Below, one piece after another: positions 36,703 to 49,690 of a DNA stretch of 64,000 nt (position 1 is its first letter; each line of letters starts with the position of its first letter). Below the pieces are notes generated by a model. The model was given only the letters and a program-made list of their open reading frames with translations, searched no databases and was not told the origin of the DNA. The position numbers were made by a program, and so were the translations under genes. The DNA is from Ostrea edulis (Eukaryota), in assembly GCF_947568905.1 (NCBI RefSeq), contig NC_079165.1, forward strand, positions 67,766,001 to 67,830,000, given 5' to 3'.

Positions 36703-39167
36703 CTACATGGCATCCAACATGGCGGTACCCGATGAATCTATACGACATGTAGACTGGCGCGTAGAATTGTTTATCAAGAATGCCATGGTAACATCTTCTC
36801 CAGGTTTGCCCCTGATACCCACTCGCATGTTTATTTCGGCATGTACAATGTTAGTAACTCTCTCAGGGGACATGGATACCCATTTAGAAATTTCTCCAAA
36901 TATAACTATATCTGTTCCATTCCTGTAAATATACCAGTATAGTATTAGTTACGGCATTGTGATCTTTGTACTGCATGATTCACACGGATGAGGTGGAAAA
37001 CTGGTACTTACAAACCAGGTTCTCTGGCACTGAACAAGTACAAGCAGAAGTCCTCACGCGTGCAGTTGCCGAGGACTAATGGATGATCATCATCAAATGG
37101 CTGCCACATATCCGGTAAACCGAAAGGGAAGGCAAGAGATTGCTTCAGCTGTAGGTATAACGTGTTTAAAACAACAAGACTTGACTTGACTTCAATACAA
37201 ATTATTTCCTTTATGGTTTGTTATTTATCCTGCGTGATGGGACAATATATCATTATTGAAATAAACAAGATTAGTAACTGGAATGTTCATTGTTTAATGA
37301 GACTGTCTGGGAATCCTGTGTCCCGAATATTTATTGGGGGCTAAACTCACACTCTCTGAGTTCATAAACTGGTACTGGGAATCCCATGTCTGAATACTTA
37401 TTGTTTCTATACTGGTGCTGACTGGGAGTGATGTGTCTGGATGCTAAGTTTGACTATACTCACACTATCTGGAAACCCTGTGTCCGAGAACTTGACCGTG
37501 TATGGAGAGGACAGATTGGCTGCCATAAGAATACCAAAGTCACGTGGACGGTCAGAGACGATGGTTGTATAAGACGTCCACACTTCCCCTACAGGATCAT
37601 CAGCGGATGGAATGGCATCCTGTAAATTAAAAACCATGAATCAATGGATAAAGAGGAGACAAATTCATTTGAGACCTTAATGAAAGGGAAAGATAACGAA
37701 CAGTGATCAATCTCATAACTCTTATAAGCAATACAAAATAGAGAGTTGGGTAAACACGAACCCCTGGACACACCAGAGGTGGGACCAGGTGCCTAATCTG
37801 AGAGGGAAAAGGGTAACTAATTAAGGTTTTAGAAACTTTTACATATCTTTACCAGGAATGTTGTATTCTGAGGGTACTAAGCAGAAATTTCTTACAACTA
37901 GATAGTATCAGCCAGGGACTGAAGGTGGATTGTTTTACAGGCAAAAATACCAATTTTCTTATAATTAGACAGCATAGCCCCCGCTAGTAATGCACCATAC
38001 TACCAAACGGGCTCAAAGTCCGTAAACACCGAGCATAGGCCACAATTTTACAGCCCTTCGCCGGCAATGGTCTCCATGTGAATGAAAGATTCTCGAGCGG
38101 AAAGTTAAACAATATACAATCAACCAACAATAAAGAACCCTCACTGCAGCCCTAAGTTCCTTGAATAGGTGAAAAAAATGTGGCATTTCACTTACAGCTG
38201 ATGACGTTCCTGTATGAGTGATACATTATCGAATGTGATATAAAACAAGAAACAATCATAAAAATCACATGATACATATTTAGTATTCCCATTGTTTAAA
38301 TCATATGATAAAGTGAAATGTTGATGGGGAATTACTAGTAGTCCGTGGAAACGTTACAGGAGCCATGTTGCTTTGGTCTTGATGTCGCATAAGCAAATGT
38401 TTTCCTCTCCCTTATATTCAACAATCTCTTTATCTTATACGCGATCCTCATGCTTTTTACAATTGTAAGCAATAATTTTGTTTTCAAAATTTAAGTGTTG
38501 TGTCATAGCTAGAAACGTGACAAATAGAGGTATCAGTGTAAATTTAAGAATTTTTCATGCATATTGCAATCCTGTTAAAAGTGTACGCCTCTTCCATTCA
38601 TACAGACCTTGATGATTTGTCTGTCGATGGCAGTAGCAGGAAGTGAAGGTTTTAAGAGACGTCCGTTTCCGTCACAACATTTCATGATCAAATAGACATC
38701 TGAACTATTGATCTTGTCCCCTGGACCTACAGGTCCAGCACCAAAGGTCGATACTAACACCTCTAACACAGGGTAGGGCTCCGTAACAGCTTCTTATCAA
38801 ACAAACTCATTACATATTTATACATGTACGTGAAACTTTAATTGCTTGTGTGAAAATCAACAACCTTGAAAAGTCCTAATGTATTAGCGAAATTCATATC
38901 GTGATTCTTGATTTCTTAAAAATATTTTCATTCAAATATAATTGAAGAGATGACAATATATCAAGGGTTCGTATCCCCTTCGTTAATACAAGATATAAAA
39001 TGAGCTGAACCTTAATACCTACCAGGGTAAAGTGGGTTGCCATTTTGCCGACGTGTAGACCAGAAAGTGTCTTTGTATGGCGTCAGACCAATAGCAGAAG
39101 TCAAAATAGATGATATTCCGATCCGCCATTGCTCTGGATCCAAGTGATAATCCTCACTACCTCTTGC
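36703..39167 (-). CDS. 3' five exons (~280 aa) of an uncharacterised protein with Sip1/raffinose-synthase-like (GH36, clan GH-D) motifs; join(39023..39167,38608..38792,37464..37619,37012..37148,36703..36922); 5' exons not found
   Basis: All GT-AG, phases 1/0/0/2 join without stops: ARGSEDYHLDPEQWRIGISSILTSAIGLTPYKDTFWS...EPYPVLEVLVSTFGAGPVGPGDKIN...LIMKCCDGNGRLLKPSLPATAIDRQII...GEVWTSYT...FCLYLFS...IFGEISKWVSMSPER...RGKPGEDV...*. The gene model is strong; the family call is inference. Confidence 0.8.
37683..37797 (-). mobile_element. PLE 3' tail fragment (intronic)
   Basis: Conserved tail sequence. Confidence 0.78.
37975..38130 (+). mobile_element. SINE 3' fragment (intronic)
   Basis: gagcataggccacaattttacagcccttcgccggcaatgg...gttaaacaatatacaatcaacc. 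Confidence 0.65.
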
Positions 39168-39444
39168 CTGCAATAAGGTAAATGTAACTTTCATATCTGA
39201 GATTGTTGGCCTGGACTCACAATTTGTTAAATATTATTGATTACTCCACAGAGTATTAATCAGAGATATCTGAACAATCTTTTCTTTTCTTTTTAACCAA
39301 TGTTCATAGTTCCAAATGAAATAATTATAGGTTTTTGTTAATGTGAAATTATGAGAACCTGTACTTTCATACGATGATGGAGGTTTCAATGCAAATAAAG
39401 ACCTGTTAAGAGGATTAAACTTTACTTAAACATTAATAGGTTTG

Positions 39445-39790
39445 GGAACAGCATCATTATCTTTCATTTTCAATCTTTGGTCCCTTTCTAAAGGTGAAAT
39501 TGGATTTTGGTACTGGATACTCAATGCTGACAAAATGATCATGAGCATGCAATTCGGCAATTTTTTTCTGTCTGAAAACTTTTATTAATTAATAAGAAAA
39601 CGAGTGAAATCAGATCCAAACATCAAGAGCCCTTTTGGGGTTAAAACATAGATGATAGCGGAAAGGTTTCTGTCGATACCTACCCACACTCTTTCTAAAA
39701 TTTCATGAAACATTTTAGCAGAACAAACAATCATACCTTGGTGATTTCAAAATGGCATAAAGCAATAGTCGATATTGTGGATGCATATAT
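39445..39790 (-). pseudogene. Possible degenerate THAP-domain remnant (DNA transposon)
   Basis: With one frameshift reads RIACS(D)HFV and, downstream, RLKMKDNDAVP (THAP CSxHF / AVP motifs); several stops. Confidence 0.35.
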
Positions 39791-39859
39791 TAATTGTCAG
39801 TAAAATGTATGTGGAGGATTTATAGCTTAATATGTGTTATTGGAACCACATTGAACTAT

Positions 39860-40543
39860 GGGACTAGTTTCATAAAACTATTTTACTAGGAAGATCTGTT
39901 TTAAGACCAAAATTTATCTTAAGATTCCCTCATAGCTGTTTCACAAACTGTCATATCTTATGATCACCGCAAGATGGCTAGAAATCTTAAGACATCAAGT
40001 TTGAAATGACGGCTGCCTATGTTAGATATTTCATATGGAGAAGACGTGCATTCAGGGACAGAAACAATTCATTAGACTATATGGAGGATATGTTCATAAT
40101 CGACGAGTTTCGTTTGTCATGATATGTAATCTTTGAACTGTGTGATGAATTCATCATTCGTTAAGAACATTCCACTAACAGATGACATTCATTTATTGTT
40201 TGTAGTCACAACAGAAGTAGTGGATAAACATATACCAGAATCCCACATTTATTCTTTTAACAGGCGTTTATATCAAATACCATTCAATCCTTTCATTTTG
40301 TATCACAATGTCTGTAATAAAATGATAGACAAACCGAGCGTAAAACCCTTTGATACACTTGATCACGACTATTGTAAAATCTAGTTTATCTACTTTAATA
40401 TTTCATATATATTTTCACAAATACACCTATGTAATTAAAAGATGATAAAAGAAACATGGCATTTTACAATGTAATATGTGTAATAAGATGTCAAGATCTA
40501 TCTTAAGATTTCGTAAAGCTAAGATAGTTTTGTGAAACGGTAC
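39860..40543 (+). mobile_element. PIF/Harbinger deletion derivative
   Basis: Imperfect TIRs (gtttcataaaactat / atagttttgtgaaac); from 40006 RRAFRDRNNSLDYMEDMFIIDEFRLS*YVIFELCDEF resembles the HARBI1 N-terminus. Confidence 0.65.
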
Positions 40544-41573
40544 TGTCGTATTTTATGATTATCATACGTCACATCTTTTAGTACACCTTGACGTGGTTGT
40601 AGATTTTATTTTAAAAAGTCTATTAAATTTACTGCTTTTTGAACGCAAAATTTGCCCCAGAAAACCAATATAATTATCAAAGGGGTTAAAAGAATTTCAA
40701 TTATTCATGTTAATTAACATAAATCAGTGTTATGTTTGAATAAAAAATCCAATCAAAAGTGTTTCATGATAACCAGAAATAAACATGTGCTTGCATAAAG
40801 AGAAATTCTAGTGATATACGTAAATGCATAACATGCTCTCTAAAAGGCACGTGGTTTCCATGGTAACAATGTGAAAAAATGAAAAAAATTTGTTCATTTT
40901 TTATTAGACTATGTATCATGAATATTTTATATCAGTTTCATCAAAATATATTTTTATGCCACTTTCCACATTTTTCACAAAATGTTTGATGTTTACTGAT
41001 TTTGACTGTTATGAAGCTCTTATAATCTATCTTATGACAGATCTTAAGACTGTTTTGTGAAACCCTGGATGTGTTGTGTATTATTCGAACATATCTAAAT
41101 ATTTGTTTGAAAAACCAATAACAAATCCAAAAACAATTGACCAAAAAGTGAACAACAAACATAAAAAACAAATACACTTCCCCTCATTTAAAAAACCCCA
41201 AGGAAAATAGCGAAAAAGATGGCCCTCCCATGCTTCTTCATCCTCTTCTATTTGAAAATGGATTTTCTTCATAATCTTTAAACTGAAATTCATGAACCGA
41301 CTGTCCTATACCATGTATTAAGAACACAATTTAAATCATACTCTGTACTATTGTACGACCCTGAAATGTGTATGTCTCTCAACTAATTCGATACACGAGA
41401 ACATGCTCTGTGTATGATCAATTTCCAAACTTAGGTAGGCTACACACAAATCACTTTATCGATTTTTCGCATTTGAGAAGCAGTAGACGATAACTAACGA
41501 TTGATTTCGCTGGTAAATGGACTTTATTCCCGTTCATCAGAACGATGCGAGAGATAAGACTTTGATAGCCTGT

Positions 41574-41575
<2 letters not shown>

Positions 41576-41625
<50 letters not shown>
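41576..41625. repeat. (CT)n microsatellite
   Basis: Direct observation. Confidence 0.95.
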
Positions 41626-41628
<3 letters not shown>

Positions 41629-41769
41629 CCTATCTCTCTCTAGTACTAGTATATCCATGTGAAAATTCAATTCCCTTTAAAAAATGTAGTTAAGTACCAT
41701 GTTTGATAGATATTGATCCATTCTTGGTTTGAAAAAAGAAGTCGGAAATGTGATAAGACGATGACTACG

Positions 41770-42480
41770 ACAACGTTTGAGTAGAAAGGCCAAAAGTGGG
41801 ATTCATGCCGAATTTATTTAAAATAAGAGTTTTGATAATTGGCCTTACAAAGACAATGTTGTTAAAACTTTGTCATCTGCAACTAATATATATTCCTCAC
41901 GTAACCTATCAAAATCTTCTATCACTTCTGGTTTACTAAACACAGATGGATGAGTGGTATGCACTTTTGATTTAATGTACCTAATAAGTGATTTTAATAT
42001 TCCTCTGATAATTTGTTTTCATTCTAACAATGTTTCAAGATCTTTCTTTTCATATTTAGCCTATCAACTGTCATAATCTTCGACAGAATTCATAATAGAG
42101 ATGAAGGTGCATTGCCAATTGAAAGATCGTGATTCTCTGAATTTAAGATCTTTAAAAATAAGTTATTCACGTCCTCATTTTCAACTGTATCAGCATCATC
42201 AGTAATGACATGCCCAGCTGGCCTATGGCGTAAAGAAGACGAAGAACAAGAACACGTAGGTGGATTATGTATATGATGCTCTATTTCTAGGCGCTGTAAA
42301 GTTGTTCTTTTTTTGTATTAAAAAGTTTGGATTCGAAAAGTAGAAGTATATTTGTAATAAATACAGGGTGCAGACTTAAACTTGAAATATGCTGGAATAC
42401 AAGACATCACTTTTTTATGACAAAATGTGTTGCTGATGACGAAGGCAGCTATTCCTTTGTTAGTAAAGTTAATTTAAGGA
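41770..42480 (-). mobile_element. PLE ORF fragment upstream of RT, degenerate
   Basis: PPTCSCSSSSLRHRPAGHVITDDADTVENED and VFSKPEVIEDFDRLREEYILVADDK; homologous to 48180-48640. Confidence 0.75.
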
Positions 42481-42517
42481 ACTAACGGTATTATTCAGAA
42501 CAATTATTATTACATTG

Positions 42518-42780
42518 TGTCAAATGCTGTCTAACGTGTTTCATACTGATCGTTAGGCCGTTCTTGGTACATTTATTTTGACTACGGATAACTCCGTTTA
42601 CCTGATCAAGATACAGGACTCACAGCGGGTGTGACCTGTCGATAGGGGATGCTTCCTCCTCCTAAGCACCTGATCCCACCTCTGGTTTGTCCAGACGTCC
42701 GTATTTGCCCAACTCTCTATTTTGTAATGGTTATAGGAGTTATGAGATTGATCACTATTCGATTATCTTCGCCTTTCGTC
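42518..42780 (+). mobile_element. PLE 3' tail fragment
   Basis: Conserved tail sequence. Confidence 0.8.
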
Positions 42781-43899
42781 ATCCATAGCCAGCAGTGGTT
42801 TAAAGAACCTGTGATGGCCAAGAATTCAGCGCGTGCGCACACGCAGGCATATACACACACAACATTGAATTTGGTATATGTTGAATATATATATAATTCC
42901 TGTGTAGGATAATGACAATATGGGAAATCAAACATTTGGTTGGTGTAAAGTTTTGTATCTTCTTTGAATTGAAAATTCGGAATTTTCTTGATTCAAATAT
43001 CAGACAATCAAGAGCAATGATAGTGTTGATACAAGAATATATCTATGTTCCTTATCTAATATGACTTGCCAAGTAGTCTTTGCTTGTTACTTGATAAAGG
43101 CAGTGAAAACAGGACAGTAATGTGAATTGAAAAAATGTCATTTATTTTGAAAATGACGAAGTTATATTACAGAATAGCTAGTGGGGGTCAGAATGAGTCG
43201 AAAACAAAAATACAAGAACATATGTATCGCATAGGTATGATTATGCAATATGACCCCTTCAACACATAATGAAAGATCAAAATAGAGTTGCCTGCAATCA
43301 AATAAGGTGGGTCTTACAAATAAAACAGGCCAGCTCACACATATCAAAGTAGCATAACAAAAGGAGGATGTGGAGGGTTGAGTTTTTCTTTGTGTATACA
43401 AATTACTTGAGCAGTCGTTGCACTCCAAGCAAACAAAGCGTCCTAACGGCGCGCTGTGATTGGTCATCCATGTAATAGGCTAAGTACAGCTTGCCTGATC
43501 GAAAATTTCCACCCAAGACAGCGACGATATGAAACATACCAATATGAGGCATCCCCCAAAAAGGGGAGGGGGCTCAAACAGAAAAATGTCCATACCCAAC
43601 ATCCATCAAACGTGGAAGAAACAAATTTAACATGTCATACAAAACATATATATTGAAACGTTCCGCTCCGAGACCAATTGTAAATTACTATAATTAATGG
43701 TTTCGATGGTTTCAAAGTATGTGAGCCCTTCTGTACCTGGCTCAAATCAAGCAATGACCAAGATGATTAAAAGTTCCTATAAAATTTATTAAGGTTAAGA
43801 GAAAAACACAAAGTCAAAATATGTTCCGTAAATTCCATGGGTTAATCTCGGGGTTGACCTTCTCCTATCTTGGGGGTGCTGACCGGATATTCTCTCAAA

Positions 43900-44374
43900 T
43901 ACACAGAATGTATGAAGGTGCTGACTTTCACTTTGACTAGAAGGTACACTGATTGTATGAAGGTGTTGACTTCTATTAGAAGGTACGCTGAGTGTATGAA
44001 GGTGTTGACTTCTATTAGAAGGTACACTGAGTGCATGAAGGTGTTGACTTCTATTAGAAGGTACACTGAGTGTATGAAGGTGTTGACTTCTATTAGAAGG
44101 TACGCTGAGTGTATGAAGGTGTTGACTTCTATTAGAAGGTACACTGAGTGTATGAAGGTGTTGACTTCTATTAGAAGGTACGCTGAGTGTATGAAGGTGT
44201 TGACTTCTATTAGAAGGTACGCTGAGTGTATGAAGGTGTTGACTTCTATTAGAAGGTACACTGAGTGTATGAAGGTGTTGACTTATATTAGAAGGTACGC
44301 TGAGTGTATGAAGGTGTTGACTTCTATTAGAAGGTACACTGAGTGTATGAAGGTGTTGACTTCTATTAGAAGGT
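43900..44374. repeat. 39-bp minisatellite (~12 units)
   Basis: Unit gaaggtgttgacttctattagaaggtac(a/g)ctgagtgtat; head-to-tail with no spacers. Confidence 0.97.
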
Positions 44375-44720
44375 GCAAAACATTGACCAACAGGTTGATA
44401 ACCTTCTGTATAAACCAACAATTCTAAGTAGACGGTTATTAAATAAGTCCTTAATAGATATCAATCAATTCCGGAGAAGGTGTTGACTATTCTATGGAGA
44501 AGGTGTAGTAAATAAGGGGATGGTGATGATGATGCTGATGCAGAAGGGTGATGCTAATTGAGATGTTTCATGAATGAAACATAATAACAAATATTTCCAA
44601 CTAAACAATAAGATGTTAAATATGCACCTTCTGACTGGGGATGTCGGGCTGAAACAGTTGTTGTTGACTCATCTCTGGGGATGCGGTGACCGAAGTGCTG
44701 AAATCCAGTCGGGTTCGGCA

Positions 44721-44747
44721 ATATATAGCCTGTTGACGTCACGTGAC
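44721..44747 (-). promoter_or_regulatory. Putative promoter: overlapping CRE (TGACGTCA) and CLEAR/E-box (GTCACGTGAC) next to a TATA-like element
   Basis: TGACGTCA 44734-44741; GTCACGTGAC 44738-44747; ctatatat on the minus strand at 44721-44728; locally GC-richer sequence. Confidence 0.35.
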
Positions 44748-45339
44748 CCCGACCTCATGATTATTCATGAAGTAAAATGGCTGTCTGCAGAGTAAACCGT
44801 GCAGATATATTCTGCAGAGAAAACGGCTGATACGGATTATCTCCGATATTTAACATCATCAAGAGAGTTAAATGTAAGTTTTTGACACTTGTAGGTCTTG
44901 CCTAACATTTTCTTATTGCATGATAAGACGTATTAAAGTTAAAATCTCGCTGAGATTTGAAGGTGCTGAGCACGTGCGTTTAGGATGTTCGTCGAAGTAT
45001 TCAACTGTCTGGGGTTGTTTAACTACGTTAATCTTCAACTTCTAATACCTTAAAGTTGTATAATAGTTGATAGGAATCTTCCATGTTGTAATCATACTCT
45101 TTAGATGATGTAGTTCGATGATTTAATACTCTTTTCGTATGAAAATAATACTGTGTTTGTACAGTACCGTACTAAAGTATTCACCGTATATAAACAACGG
45201 AATGTAACTCAACAACGCAGCATGTAGGAGAATTAAACTATTTTACTGCAGTAATAAATATATTAATATCATTACCACAAATTCTCTAAAATCTCTGATA
45301 ATATCAATAAGTCTTGGGCCTATTTAATGTCTAGTTTTT

Positions 45340-47594
45340 GAGATCCCAATTGAACACACACAGGATTTAGAGTGTGTAAAGCAGAAACCATTGTCCATTG
45401 ATGGTATCAAAGAAAATGAGGAGATGGTGCATTTAGCTTTTTTTGAAAATTTCATTCGTGATAAGTATGTTCACCAGTATGGTAGGAGTAATTTTGAATC
45501 CATCATAGGATCTTTAAAACAGTGCGGGTTACGGATGATGATCCTTCCGAATCACGCCTTCTTGTTCTTAAACTTAAATTTACTAACAAAGAAGTAAATG
45601 TTGTCAGCATAAACAAGATCGTCATAAAAAGTTCATTCCATCATACTTCAAGTTCTAGTCTGCAACTTGTACTTCCTAGAAATATAAATTCACAATTGTG
45701 TGCAATCTTTTTAATTACAAACTTTATAGTGTAAAGATATAGACTATGTTACGAAAGCCCAGAAGGCTCATTCGAAATTCGAAATTCAAAATACGAGATT
45801 CGAAATTCAGAATACGAGATTCGAATTTCGAAATTCAAAATCCAAATTAACCAATCAAAATGTAGGTCATAATAAATTAAAGGGTAGAGAGTACATGCAT
45901 ATAAACTTAAAATATAGCAGAAAGCTTTTTCTTCTAATATGTTTACCAAACAATGAAACATTTCTTTTAAAACTACAAATGTTATGATGTATGCTTAGAA
46001 TGCAGACAGGCCCGTAGGCTGAGGGTGTTTGGGACAAGATTTTATCTATCATATATAAACAATAGAGGAAATTCGAACCATGAATAAATATTTCTCTCCG
46101 ATCTATTTTTCATTTTTTTAGGGTCCAGGAAGCTTAACTACATGTGTCATTATGACAGAAAAATAATCTATCCACGTTTTAAAGATTATCTTATCCCACT
46201 GATTCATATTATGGGCAATATTTTGACATCATAAATCATGTCATTATATGCAAACAGGCCTGTAGAAAGTCAGATTCATAGAAAGCGGGGAGGGGGTGGA
46301 ACCAGGTGGAATACACCTCAAATAGTACACTTTGATCGAAATGGAATCGAAGGTTATATGAATAAAATTAACTGATGACACCCCGTAGCAATGGATTCTG
46401 ATTTTAGATTAATCTATAGGTTTACCCGTATACCATTTTTTTTCTGCTTGAATAATCATATTGTTATAATTTATTTTACATGAAGATAACCGTACATGTT
46501 AACAATGACACAGGCTCATGGTCCCCCCCCCCCCCCCCCATCGTCCCCCGGCTGGCAATATTTCAAAAGGGGGAGGAGAGGGAAAAATAACTGGGAACAA
46601 TCCACCCATTATAGTGTTTGACCAAATATCTACAGGCTCCTGAAGTACACCGTATCGACACTACTACCAACACCCATCCCCCCTTTTTCTGATTTTTTTT
46701 CTTTTTGCGACGATAATTTCTTAGAAATGTGTGGATTCCTTGTCTATCAGACCCCAATTTATATAATAAAAATATAAAATTATATAACAATGATAAGCAC
46801 GTAGTTAAGCTTAATATAAATTTCGATTTATATAATCGTTTCACGCCTTTTGTAAGCTTTAGAGATTGTCTTAGCCTTCTATTGGTATAACAACTTGTAT
46901 TCTATTATACCGGTAGAATGTCAATCTTTAAAACTTACAAAAGGCGTGAAACGATTATATATAATATATATATAAATCGAATTCGGGATGGGATCGACAA
47001 GAAATCCACACATTTCGGAGAATTTATCGCCGCAGAAAAGATCAGAAGGGGGAGGGGTGGTGGTAGTAGTGTCCATACTTCAGATACCTGTACAAATATC
47101 TTCCTCACCAGTTTATTTTTTATATGCGCCTGGGTGTAAATAACAGAGGAAATTCGAACCATGGATAATTATTTCTCTCCTATCTATGTTGTCTCTTTTT
47201 ATATTTTTTAATATTTGAACAGGAAGCTTAACTACGTGCGTCATTAGTCTTTACAACAGAACACTAATTTATCCACGTTTTTAAAAAAAATAGCTTGTCC
47301 CATTGATTTATATTTGTACATGCATGTTCTATGTTCAAGTATGTATAATCCTAGGAACCGGTAATTTTGTCCGTAATAGTAATAGTAGGGTTCTATACTA
47401 TATCATCCCCAATAAATACTAGGAGGTGATATAGTATATACCCCTACTATTATTATATCACAGACAAAATTACCAGTTCCTGTGGTACTTAGGCTGATAT
47501 AATATGAATCAGTGCATAAAATAAATTTAAAACGTGGATAGATTAGTATTCTGCCGTTATCACGCACGTAGTTAAGCTTCCTGGAGCCTGAAAA

Positions 47595-47638
<44 letters not shown>

Positions 47639-48878
47639 CATAAATCCGAGATAAATATATATTCATGAATCGAATTTCCTGCATTGTTTATACATTATGT
47701 ATATAGATAACCGAATAAATCAAACTAGAATCAATTGTTGGAGGGGTATTATCGGTTAATAGGCTTCATATAAGATGCCACTTTAAGGTATATCATGATG
47801 TGTATTCGTCATTATTTGATCTGGTTATCATATACAGTGTAGAATTAATATGCGGGAGCTGGAACAAGTTTTCTGTTTGCCTCCTTTCCCGCTTTCTACG
47901 GGCCTGTCTGTGTGCTAAGATACATCAAAACATTCATAGTTTTAGAAGAAATGTTTCGTTGTTTGGTAAACATATTAGAGAAATAAGATTTCTCTCATTA
48001 TTTTAAGTTCACATGTATATGCATGTACCCTCTAACCTTTAATCTATTGTGACCTTCATTTTGATTGGTTAATTTTGATTTTGAATTTCGAAATTCGAAT
48101 ATCGTATTTTGAATTTCGTATCTCGTATTTTGAATTTCGAATCTCCAATGAGCCTTCTGGGTTTTCGTACTATGTTATACAAATTTCACCTACATCTTTG
48201 AACTTTAGTTCACCTGGACATATAATTACTGTTGCCATAGTTGAAAATGACGACCTCAAGTCATTTATCTTAAAAGATCCAAAATTCAGGAGCTCCGATC
48301 GTTCAATTGACGACAAAGCTTCATCTCTATTATGAATTATGTCGAAGATTATGCCAGATGATGGTCTAAATACGAAGAAGAACTTGACATTTTGTCAGAG
48401 CGGATACAAAATATAAGAGCAATTTCAGTCTTGTATTAGACACTTTAAAACAAAAGTGTGTATTACCTATTCTTCTGTATCTGATAAACCAGAGGTGATG
48501 AAAGACTTAGATATTGAAGCTGACAATGCTTGTAACAACATTGTTTTTGTTTATAAGGTCCATCAGTACACCTGTATTTTAAACGAACTTGACTTTAATT
48601 CCACATTTGGTAATCCAACTTACAGTTTTTATTTAAAATACATCTCATATTTCAGTCCATGGAACGGATGACTATGAATTACCGCATCGATATTGGATTC
48701 CAAAACTACCCGAATACCCTTACAGAGATACATTGCATGTGACCAGTCAACAGTGGATGCTTAATCCCCCTAGGAACCTAATGTCATCTCTGGTGTGTCC
48801 GTGTTTGTCCTTCTTATAATTCGGTATTCTATATAGGAATTATGAGATTAATTACTGTTCACTCTTCACTTTTCCATC
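45340..48878 (+). mobile_element. Internally deleted PLE (Naiad-type) copy interrupted by a TIR element
   Basis: LVLKLKFTNK (left part); SPGHIITVAIVENDDLKSFILKDPKF, ADNACNNIVFV, YELPHRYWIPKL (right part); then jumps to the 3' tail at ~48740-48878. Confidence 0.75.
45751..48168. mobile_element. 2418-bp non-autonomous DNA transposon with ~270-bp TIRs and 8-bp TSD
   Basis: TIRs acgaaa(g/a)cccagaaggctcatt... at both ends; TSD actatgtt at 45743-45750 and 48169-48176; no transposase ORF. Confidence 0.9.
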
Positions 48879-49043
48879 AGTCGCCGAGTTCGTCAAACGA
48901 CACGGCAAATTCAAACATTAAATGAAATAGTACAGGCAATGTATCAGGAGTGGCAACAACATGAAATTCGACGTCTGTTCAAAGGTTTAAGAAGATGCTC
49001 AGAGTCGGTCATTCGTGTCCACGGAAGTTACGCTAGATGCTGA
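48879..49043 (+). pseudogene. Tc1/mariner transposase C-terminal remnant
   Basis: SRRVRQTTRQIQTLNEIVQAMYQEWQQHEIRRLFKGLRRCSESVIRVHGSYARC* matches the Tc1 terminal pattern (…EEW…SMRRRC.AVI.A.GG.TRY). Confidence 0.75.
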
Positions 49044-49361
49044 AAAATCTATTTACACATGTTAACCTTATCAGCTTTATTTCATTCATAATAATCATTT
49101 GAATCAATACATAGAGGCATCGCTGTCAACTTAAAGTTTTACTCAAAACATTTTCTCATCTTTGAAAAATAATGTCAATGAATGCATTTACTGATGTGTT
49201 TTTTAAAACGATTTTAAAGATCAAGTGATGATATTAAAAAGATAACGTCAAACATGAAAATTGTTATTCATGTTATAGTGTTAAATTAATCATCACACTT
49301 AAGCTAAGATAGAAAAGCTAGTGTTGGGATATTTTTCCCATATACATTTGTAGATATATAT

Positions 49362-49690
49362 CCAGGTTCCGCCTCGAAGCTTTAGTCAAGTTTTAAACAA
49401 GTTTAAGGCAGGAATCTTATTCTAGCCGACAAAGGTTTTACTATTCATGATCAGTTGCCACAAGATGTTTCTTTGAACATAGCTTTTTTTCATTAACATG
49501 TGATGAGTTTACGCCCCAAAAAGCAGCACTATGTTACAAGATAGCAATGGTCCGTACTCATGTTTAAAAAGCAAATGAGGGTATCAAGAACCATAAAATT
49601 CTCCGTCACATTCCAGAAATATACCCACCTATATCAACAAATATTTTCCAACTTTGTACCTCTCTTGTAAAATTGCAAGCACCCCTTTGA
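49362..49690 (+). pseudogene. ISL2EU-like transposase remnant (paralogue of 20125-20449)
   Basis: Same ADKGF-containing sequence. Confidence 0.7.

Noticed and set aside
43795-44427. ORFs of 208, 139 and 185 aa over the 39-bp repeat
   Set aside because: Products of a stop-free minisatellite; no domain, start context or splice support.
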